A stretch of 64,000 bases of DNA, from the NCBI GenBank assembly GCA_049287045.1, contig JBAQFC010000011.1, forward strand, positions 23,058 to 87,057. Reading direction: 5' to 3'. Made by a program: the position numbers and the translations under genes. Source of the DNA: Minisyncoccia bacterium. Lineage in GTDB: Bacteria > Patescibacteriota > Minisyncoccia > Phycocordibacterales > UBA9973. Under the pieces are notes generated by a model, which had not been told where the DNA came from, did no database searches, and saw only the letters and a list, made by a program, of their open reading frames with translations. This document shows positions 56,640-64,000 of the stretch, one piece after another; within the stretch, counting starts at the first letter, position 1, and each line of letters begins with the position of its first letter.

Positions 56640-58964
56640 ATGTTAGAAAATAATAAACAATCTAAAAAAGTATACAAGAAAGAAGGGGCTGTACCTCAAT
56701 ACAGTCAACCAATGCTGCAACAAAATGAAGAAGAGGTAGAAGATGATACATCTATAAAAATTACAGTTGAGACAACACCCGAAGCAATCAAAGAAAGAAT
56801 AAGTCGAACAAAGGCACAAGAAACCTCTTTTAATGAAAAGGGGAAGAAAGGGGGTATAAAACCAAAAGGAAACGAAGACAAAATGGGAAATATAAATCCT
56901 CAAAAAGGATCCATAGACAAAGTAGTACAAGCTTTTTTTGGAGAATATACAAAAAGACCAAACGAGGAAGAAGCAACACCCAGAAAAGAGCTATTGGAGC
57001 TTGCTTTAAAAGATGGCGAAAAGAAGAAAATCGGTATTGGAAGTAAATTCACCTTAAGAGGAACAGTAGGCCATAATAAAGAAAAAGTGCGTAGTGGTAG
57101 TTATATGATTGTCGGAACCAGAACTACTGCCAAAGACAATATTCTTTTAATCCAATCTAAAAAAAATGCGAACGACAAAAACGAGAAACCTCTAGAGCTG
57201 ACACGAGCTCAATTTGAGCAATACTTTAAAAAAGACGGTATCTTATTCACAGCATCAGACAAAAGACAGGAAGCATTAAATAAATTTGAGAAAGAAAATT
57301 CAAAAAAAACAATAGTAACCAAGGAAGAAGACAAGGTTGAGGTTAAAACTGAAACAAATGAGCCACTTATGGACGACAACAAAGAGGAGACTCCTGTTGT
57401 TATAGAAAATTCAGTTGATCTAAAAACAGAAAGTAAAATAGAAACCGAAGAAGAGACAGAAGAAAGAATTGTTGAAATACTAAAAAACAACAAAATCAGT
57501 GAGGTTATCGTCAGTGCTGGAAACAAAAGAATTAAAAATGAAAAACAAGCTAAACTTCTTGGTGGAAAAATAGGCGACCCCATTGCGACTTTTAATCAAG
57601 ATTTAGATTCACAAACTTCTTTATTACTTTTGAATGATTTCAATAAAAATAAACCTGAGGAAATTTACAATGAAGGTGCCAAATCCACAATAATCGATAT
57701 TCGAAAAGGAGAAATGGAACCAAAAGAAAAAGTAGAAGGCGTGAGAGTTTTTCTTGATACCGGAGGCAGCTGGTTGAAGCTCGAAGAAGATGGAAAGACA
57801 ACCACACTTCGTATTGACCATCATGGAACAGGGCAAAGAAAACCAACATCAGGAACAAAGATGATGTATCGGATATTGGAAAAAGCAGGTTTATTGAAAG
57901 AGAAACCAGAATGGTTGAATAAATTTGTTAATTTTGTTAATGATTTTGATAATTTATCTTACCTAGAAAATGAAGATGCAAAAAAACCAAGAACTTTTAA
58001 CGAGAACTATTTTAGAAACAAATGGCCTGATTCTCTTTACTCTATGGCCGAGAAAATCCCTTACAATACCTTGCTTGAATTGGTAAGATCTGGAAAGATA
58101 AAAGATCCTTCTGTTCCGTTCACTCAAGAAGAACTGGAAGGTGAACTTGGAAAAACCAAAGTAGGGGAATTTAGTATTGCAGAATTATGTAAAAAATCAC
58201 GCACAGAAGATGTAGAACAAACAATCACCGGTATTAAAAATGCAAAAAAAATAGAAAATACTTCTTTAGGAAAAGTTGTTTATCATGACTTCCGACCAAT
58301 AAAAGAAAAAGATGGAAATAGTTATAAACCAAACCAAATTCCAAACAACCGAGCTTTTATTGGAACCAAAGCTCTTGGTTATGATACTTTTGTAAGTTGG
58401 AGCAAAAACAAGAGCAATAAAACATTTTTCATAAATTCAAAACACCCTAATCTAGGTAAAGTTATTGAAAAATTAAATGAAGTTGATCCTGGTTGTGCAT
58501 CAGAAATAAGAGGTGTGATGGTTTTTGGAAAAATAAAAAATCTAACCGAGAAACAATTTTTGGATATCATAAAAAACCCTGATGCTTCAGTGGAAGCAAA
58601 AGAACCTTATTCTTTTACTAAACACATGAAAGAAAAAGAGCTTGAAATACAAACAAAGGACGAATCAAAAACAAACGAGCCAATAAAAAAAGAAGAGATG
58701 GAAGAACTACCAAAACAGGAGACGTCTGAAACAGAAAAGAAAATAAAAGATTTAGAGAACAAAATAGCGGTGCTTATGAAAGGGATGCCAAACCAAAACA
58801 TAGATGAGCTAGATAATTTCGAAAAGTTCTTTATAGATATAAAGAATAAACCAGAAAACCCAGAGATTATGGAAGCTATTAAAACAGGGGATCTGGACAA
58901 GAAAAAGGATTTATTGAAAAAAATGTACGAAGAGAGCGAATTTGCACCAACAAAAACAAGATAG
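56640..58964 (+). CDS. Large Lys/Glu-rich hypothetical protein
   Basis: 774 aa with no recognised domain. Confidence 0.5.
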   Translation: MLENNKQSKKVYKKEGAVPQYSQPMLQQNEEEVEDDTSIKITVETTPEAIKERISRTKAQETSFNEKGKKGGIKPKGNEDKMGNINPQKGSIDKVVQAFFGEYTKRPNEEEATPRKELLELALKDGEKKKIGIGSKFTLRGTVGHNKEKVRSGSYMIVGTRTTAKDNILLIQSKKNANDKNEKPLELTRAQFEQYFKKDGILFTASDKRQEALNKFEKENSKKTIVTKEEDKVEVKTETNEPLMDDNKEETPVVIENSVDLKTESKIETEEETEERIVEILKNNKISEVIVSAGNKRIKNEKQAKLLGGKIGDPIATFNQDLDSQTSLLLLNDFNKNKPEEIYNEGAKSTIIDIRKGEMEPKEKVEGVRVFLDTGGSWLKLEEDGKTTTLRIDHHGTGQRKPTSGTKMMYRILEKAGLLKEKPEWLNKFVNFVNDFDNLSYLENEDAKKPRTFNENYFRNKWPDSLYSMAEKIPYNTLLELVRSGKIKDPSVPFTQEELEGELGKTKVGEFSIAELCKKSRTEDVEQTITGIKNAKKIENTSLGKVVYHDFRPIKEKDGNSYKPNQIPNNRAFIGTKALGYDTFVSWSKNKSNKTFFINSKHPNLGKVIEKLNEVDPGCASEIRGVMVFGKIKNLTEKQFLDIIKNPDASVEAKEPYSFTKHMKEKELEIQTKDESKTNEPIKKEEMEELPKQETSETEKKIKDLENKIAVLMKGMPNQNIDELDNFEKFFIDIKNKPENPEIMEAIKTGDLDKKKDLLKKMYEESEFAPTKTR

Positions 58965-59175
58965 TCTATAGAAATATAAAAAAACACAAAACACCCTAAT
59001 ATATAGGGTGTTTTGTGTTAATGCTTGACAAATGGCTCAATAATATGTTATACTTGATGCAGTACTGTAGGTCTTTGAAAAAGGTTATTGGTTATTTAAA
59101 TGAAACCCCAAAACTGTAATAAGTAAGGAGTTTCTATAAATAATCAAAAATATTAACCAAAAAAAACCGTTTCCA

Positions 59176-59694
59176 ATGAAAAAATCATTTTTTTCTGCCT
59201 TTATGGCAATTGCTCTCCTTTTTGGATTGAGCACAGTATGTAATGCACAAAAAGCAAAAGAACCTGAAAAAAAGACGACCTTTAAAGAAAAAGTACAAAA
59301 TTTTACAAAAAATGATGCTACAGCCAAAAAATCAACTAATACCAAAACTGCTGCAAAAAAACCGGTAGCTTCAAACACTACCACTACTGCTGAAGTTAAA
59401 AAAACAGAAAGTTCAGCACCTGTAGTTCCTATAGTTGCTGAAAAAAAAGAAGATCCAAAAATTGCGGAACTTCAAAAACAACTTTCTGAAAAAAATGCAG
59501 AAAACCTACGCCTGCAAGCCATAGCTAATGCAAACAAAGTAGAAGCCGATTCGATGGCTAAACAATTGTATGCATCAAAATATGGATCAAAAACAGAAGA
59601 GAAGGAAACACAAACCCAGGCTCCCAGCCCAACGCACATAGAACCAACCGCAGCTGCACCTGAAAAAAAATCACATAAGTGTAAAAGAAAATAA
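59176..59694 (+). CDS. Secreted Lys/Ala/Thr-rich hypothetical protein
   Basis: 172 aa with a signal peptide (MKKSFFSAFMAIALLFGLSTVCNAQ); a terminator follows at 59714-59750. Confidence 0.45.
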   Translation: MKKSFFSAFMAIALLFGLSTVCNAQKAKEPEKKTTFKEKVQNFTKNDATAKKSTNTKTAAKKPVASNTTTTAEVKKTESSAPVVPIVAEKKEDPKIAELQKQLSEKNAENLRLQAIANANKVEADSMAKQLYASKYGSKTEEKETQTQAPSPTHIEPTAAAPEKKSHKCKRK

Positions 59695-59920
59695 AGAATT
59701 ACACTTAAAATCCAAACCGCCCCAAAAAGGCGGTTTTTTTTATTTTTCATACAGAAATAACAATATATTAAGAGATATTGTGGACATATTTAGCTTGACT
59801 ATTTGGTTAAAGTATGATATACTTAAGAAGTAATATACAACAAAAAACGATTTAATTGGTATAATCAAATTACAATAAAAAAAGAAAATTTGTTGAAAAC
59901 ATTTTGTAGAAATAAATAAA

Positions 59921-61369
59921 ATGGAAAAATCAAAAGAAAATACAATAGATAATAAAAAGGAAACTTTTGAAACAAAAAGAATCGAAAAGATTTTTTCTGA
60001 TCCATCAAAAGCCAATATAGATCATTGGAAAAATTTATTTACAGAAGACCTAAAATCAGAATCCGAATATTTAAGAAATAGAGCTCAAAAACTTCTAGGT
60101 TTAATTCAAGAAAAAGAAAATTCACTTTCTAAAAAAGAAACAGTTCAAGAAGTAATAGAACAATCTACAGAAATAAAAACTGAGGCTGTAAGTGAGCAGG
60201 CAGCCCCAGATGAAGTTATTAATATTGAAAAAGAAGAAGTATTACTTACTAAAGAGGAAACACCAAAAGAGACAGAAAAAGTACTTACCGAAACAGAAGA
60301 AATAAAACCTACAGAAACACTTGAAACACAGGAAGTTGTCAAACAAAAACAAGAAGAAAAATTGGTAGAAAGTCTTTCAAAAGAAGAGATAAAGACTGTT
60401 CAAGAAGAAATAAAGACATCAACTCTAGAAGAGTTCGAACCAGAACAAGTTAAAACCAACCTTGGTTTATTTTTGCGCAACCAAGTAGTAAAACTTGCAT
60501 CAGGATTCAAGGTTTCAGAAAAAATGAAAGCTATCTCTCAGAAAATGAGACGAGGGGTTTTGTTGGGTACAGGAATACTTGTTCTTTGGCCTTCAGTCCT
60601 TGGCAAAGAAGGAAAAACCGTATTGCCAGACAATGTAAATGGAAAGGTAACAACAATCAGCCATGAAAAAGTAGCAAAGGTGGCTTTGGAACAAGACAAA
60701 AAGACTATTGATGCATCGTTTTATTACAAACTTTCACCAAATGCTCAAGAGATTTATCTTTACTCTTTCAAAAATATAGTTGACTCAAGTTTTCTTATTC
60801 TTGATAAGCCAACAGCAACTATGTACGTAATTGGAAAAGACAAAAAATTGATCGGTTCATTCCCTGTGCTCGTTGGAAAAACAAAAGGAGAAGCGCCAAA
60901 CAGATCTGATGTAGATAGTGATTTAGCTGGACCACACGCAACGACACCAGCCGGTAAATACAAAATAGGACGTAAAGAAATAAACAGAAGTGACTATGTA
61001 GAATACCAAGGAAAAATATTTAGTATCTATGGAAGTGATGATCTGGGTATACATATGACTTACCCTGGAGAATATGCAAAAAGAACAAAAGCACTCAATA
61101 CTCCTACCTCTAGTGACAACAAAGCAACCTTCGGGTGTGTTAATGCAGACAAAGAAAACTTCAAGTATCTCGACAATCTTCCAGAAAATACGACATTGTT
61201 TATCACCACGGATAACCCGAGTTTGTCCTTGAACCCACAAACAGGAAAGATTGGAAAACAAACATTAATCCATCAATACGCAGTAAACCCTAAAACAGGA
61301 AAAGTCGAAAACAAAAGTATAGCCCAAACACAACAAACAAAAAACATTAATACAAAATTACAAGGTTAA
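59921..61369 (+). CDS. Glu/Lys-rich protein with C-terminal L,D-transpeptidase (YkuD)-like domain
   Basis: 482 aa. The C-terminus (…IHMTYPGEYAKRTKALNTPTSSDNKATFGCVNADKENFKYL) fits the His…Ser-x-Gly-Cys catalytic pattern. Confidence 0.6.
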   Translation: MEKSKENTIDNKKETFETKRIEKIFSDPSKANIDHWKNLFTEDLKSESEYLRNRAQKLLGLIQEKENSLSKKETVQEVIEQSTEIKTEAVSEQAAPDEVINIEKEEVLLTKEETPKETEKVLTETEEIKPTETLETQEVVKQKQEEKLVESLSKEEIKTVQEEIKTSTLEEFEPEQVKTNLGLFLRNQVVKLASGFKVSEKMKAISQKMRRGVLLGTGILVLWPSVLGKEGKTVLPDNVNGKVTTISHEKVAKVALEQDKKTIDASFYYKLSPNAQEIYLYSFKNIVDSSFLILDKPTATMYVIGKDKKLIGSFPVLVGKTKGEAPNRSDVDSDLAGPHATTPAGKYKIGRKEINRSDYVEYQGKIFSIYGSDDLGIHMTYPGEYAKRTKALNTPTSSDNKATFGCVNADKENFKYLDNLPENTTLFITTDNPSLSLNPQTGKIGKQTLIHQYAVNPKTGKVENKSIAQTQQTKNINTKLQG

Positions 61370-61385
61370 TATAATAAACAAATTT

Positions 61386-64000
61386 ATGAAAGATATACCA
61401 CCTAAAAACAAAGACTTCAAAAGAAACAAAGAAAAAATTGATAAAAGAGTTTTAGAGTTAGTTGAAGGTGGATATACCAAAGAAACTGCTGCGAAAATAG
61501 CAGATGTTGAGTTTGTTATTATGGCGACAAAAGCTCGTAGAGAAGCAACAGCAAATGATCCTTCTTTAAAGGATGAGGAAAAAGAAGAGGAATTGTTTAA
61601 AAAAGATGATGTCTTGTCTGAAAATACAATAAGACTAGGAGAACTTCTTGCAGAAAAAGGAGAGAAAAAAACTGCGGGTACTGAAAACGTAGTAGAAACA
61701 AAGGATACTGTAAACCCAGTAGCAGAAACAGCAGCTATACCAACAGAAAAAGTTGAAAAGACAGAAGCCGAAGAAAATGAAGACATAATGAAAAGAATCA
61801 ATGAAAATTCAGAACGAATAATAGCAGAAGACAATACAAAGTTTGAAGAAAATATAAAAAATATCCATGAAAAATCAGAAAAGATGATCACAGAAGCGAA
61901 AGAAAAATTTGATAAAAAAATGGAAGAGATAAAAAATAAAATTGATGATGGTTATAAAGACACAAAAGATAGTGCAATAACAGAAAAAAAAGAAATAACT
62001 AAAGAAACAGCAACTGCAACAGTAGAGAAAAAAGAAAACACCCACGTGGATGTAGAGCTAAATGAAATTGAAAAAATAAAAGCTCTAAAGATAGAACTTA
62101 AAGCTGAAAAAGAAAAATTAAAAAATCCTATAGCAAAAGTTGAAGATACAAAAATTTCAGAAAAAAAGCCAGAAGAGAAAGTTGTTGAAAAAGTATCTGA
62201 ACAAGTACTTCTAGCACAATTAAATAACGCCAGAATACAATATGCAGATGGTTATAAAAAGTTTCTTGCAGACAGAAAGAAAGATTCTAGTTGGTATAAA
62301 AATCTTGGTAGAAAAATCTTTGGATCAAAAGTAACAGAATCTGAAACTCCACAATATTTGAAAGACCTAGAAAAAGAATATGAAAAAAATACAATCGAAT
62401 ATGGTAAAAACATGTATTCTGAAAAAGAGGCAGAATTAAAAAATTCCAAACTAACTTCAGAACAACAAAAGACAGAATTAAAGAGATACAAGGGTAATGA
62501 GATTTTCACAAAAGTAATAGCCGAAGAACAGATAAAATTAAACGCTCTTAAGGCAGAAAATCTACCGTTGAAAGAAAAAGCTCTTTGGAGACAAGGTATG
62601 GATTGGTATTTGAAACAACCTAGATGGAAAAAAATTGCAATTTCTACCGCGTTGTCTACTGCAGCAATTGCTGCTTTTCTACCCAGTTCTATCGCGGCAG
62701 GAGGAGTGACAGCTACATATTTAGGTACTAAATACGCAAGAGCGCTAACAGGAAGTTTTGTTGGACAGGGTGCATCTTATGCTTATGATTGGTTACTTAA
62801 ATCAAAATCTGCAGAAAACAGAGAAATGGAAGAAAGAAACTTGGCTAAACAATTTTCTGAGGAATCTTTTGATACAAGTTTTGCAAAAAACAAAAAAGAA
62901 TTTGATGAAATATCAGAAAAAGAACGAAAAGCAAAAAGAGAAAGATTGATTACCAAGGCTTTGATTACAGTTGCAGCTGGTGGAATCGCTTCTTATGAAA
63001 TGGGAAATGTTTTACATACTATCTCACCCGAACAAGCACTTGCTAATGGTGACCTACAAAAATCTGGAGCTGGCGGTCATGGAACAGTAAAAATAGACAA
63101 CGCACCAGAAACACCTAAAGCACCTGAAATAAAAATAGAATTAAAAACAGAGAGCGTAGACTATAGTTCAAGAGGAGCAATACAAACTATTCATGACCTA
63201 AAAACACAGATTAGTCATGATTATCCAGATATTTCAAAAGCTCCAGCAAGTGTGCAAGAATTTATGAAGACAGACTCGACACAAGAGGCTATTAGACTCG
63301 GTATGTACAACCCAAATTCTCCGGCAGAAAGTATGACTGTCCAAAAAGGAACACTTTCTTTTGAGAATGGAACTTTAAAAACACACTACCTTGATATGAA
63401 AGGTGTTGAGCATGACCAGGTTCTAATCAAAGGAGCTGATGTTGAACAATTTAAAGGTGACATGTTTAATTCAGATCATCAGGGTCAACATGCAGGATCT
63501 CAAGAAGGTTCAACACACGCAACTCCTGAAGACGGAGAAATAGATCAACAACTAGAACAAAACCAGGTAAGCCCAGCAGAAACTCCTGCAATCGATGAAC
63601 ATCTTAAACAAAATCAAGTAAATCCAACTGAAACTCAAGCTCAAAATACTGCATCTGGAAAACATATACCAGAAAGTCCAATAGAACCAACTGGAGAAAT
63701 CCTTCAAAGCCTTCTAAAACAACACCTGGAACAAGCTCATCTAGTACGTGCAGAAAATATTAATCATCTTTTTGGTAAAAACACCACCTTATGGGACAAT
63801 GTGAAAAATTCACACTCACCAAGTCTAACAGCAGACAAAATGATGCATTTGAAAACTGAAGGTATGACTGAAGATACAAAAAAACTTGTTTCATATCTTA
63901 ACAAACTGCATGAAGTTACAGGACTTAGTCCTCTAGAGGAGACTTTAGTTTCTGCAGCTGAAACAAATGATGAATTTATTACACGAAGTTTAGAAAAAGC
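61386..64000 (+). CDS. Large Lys/Glu-rich membrane protein, partial (continues past the window end)
   Basis: The open frame from ATG 61386 runs to 64000 without a stop (≥871 codons). It is absent from the supplied ORF track because it has no stop codon inside the window. Two transmembrane-like segments are visible (ISTALSTAAIAAFLPSSIAAGGV; LITVAAGGIASYEMGNVL). Confidence 0.5.
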   Translation, partial: MKDIPPKNKDFKRNKEKIDKRVLELVEGGYTKETAAKIADVEFVIMATKARREATANDPSLKDEEKEEELFKKDDVLSENTIRLGELLAEKGEKKTAGTENVVETKDTVNPVAETAAIPTEKVEKTEAEENEDIMKRINENSERIIAEDNTKFEENIKNIHEKSEKMITEAKEKFDKKMEEIKNKIDDGYKDTKDSAITEKKEITKETATATVEKKENTHVDVELNEIEKIKALKIELKAEKEKLKNPIAKVEDTKISEKKPEEKVVEKVSEQVLLAQLNNARIQYADGYKKFLADRKKDSSWYKNLGRKIFGSKVTESETPQYLKDLEKEYEKNTIEYGKNMYSEKEAELKNSKLTSEQQKTELKRYKGNEIFTKVIAEEQIKLNALKAENLPLKEKALWRQGMDWYLKQPRWKKIAISTALSTAAIAAFLPSSIAAGGVTATYLGTKYARALTGSFVGQGASYAYDWLLKSKSAENREMEERNLAKQFSEESFDTSFAKNKKEFDEISEKERKAKRERLITKALITVAAGGIASYEMGNVLHTISPEQALANGDLQKSGAGGHGTVKIDNAPETPKAPEIKIELKTESVDYSSRGAIQTIHDLKTQISHDYPDISKAPASVQEFMKTDSTQEAIRLGMYNPNSPAESMTVQKGTLSFENGTLKTHYLDMKGVEHDQVLIKGADVEQFKGDMFNSDHQGQHAGSQEGSTHATPEDGEIDQQLEQNQVSPAETPAIDEHLKQNQVNPTETQAQNTASGKHIPESPIEPTGEILQSLLKQHLEQAHLVRAENINHLFGKNTTLWDNVKNSHSPSLTADKMMHLKTEGMTEDTKKLVSYLNKLHEVTGLSPLEETLVSAAETNDEFITRSLEK

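Noticed and set aside
1-64000. CRISPR arrays, rRNA genes, transposases or integrases
   Set aside because: There are no regularly spaced direct repeats with spacers. There are no 16S/23S/5S-like GC-rich blocks. The only recombinase is a canonical XerC/D.

Overview
This is an AT-rich, compact bacterial chromosome segment in the standard genetic code. The gene content has the feel of a reduced, CPR/Patescibacteria-like genome. It is mostly housekeeping genes: a truncated S10/spc ribosomal-protein block (S19 to L5), rnhA, recJ, pgk, tpiA, nusA, ppa, a PPIase-less trigger factor, clpP, RNase Y, HU, lexA, a YifB/ComM ATPase, a DksA-like protein, pnp, rpsO, xerC/D, xth, a sigma-70 family factor, murI, a CCA-adding enzyme, an NRAMP transporter, a LysM-M23 peptidase and four tRNAs. 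There is also a secreted/surface-protein island and several Lys/Glu-rich giant proteins.

The most notable result from reading the DNA directly is two complete type III hammerhead ribozyme motifs on the minus strand, at about 42934-42985 and 43749-43798. They share an identical catalytic core (CUGAUGA...GAAAC, GUC cleavage site) and show a compensatory base-pair change in stem II. They sit about 30 nt upstream of two consecutive minus-strand genes (a hypothetical protein and a sigma factor) in what looks like a self-cleaving, ribozyme-punctuated operon. That operon is headed by a roughly 1 kb GC-elevated, hairpin-rich region with no ORF.

Other observations worth a second look:
- A four-copy family of roughly 100-nt extended-hairpin intergenic repeats (8.8 kb, 23.6 kb, 39.1 kb, 39.7 kb) with covarying stems.
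- A family of perfect 25-47 nt GC-rich palindromes built around GGGGATTCCCC.
- A textbook LexA-type SOS box (GAAC-N4-GTTC) sitting exactly in the spacer of a TTGACA/TATACT promoter upstream of a small ORF and lexA.
- A repeat array (TGATTA motifs) plus an SD-sequestering hairpin in the pnp leader.
- Att-like duplications at tRNA-Pro and tRNA-Gly.
- An RNase H with a C-terminal hybrid-binding domain.
- A cca gene carrying an internal repeat-derived insertion.

No CRISPR array, rRNA gene or obvious transposase was found.
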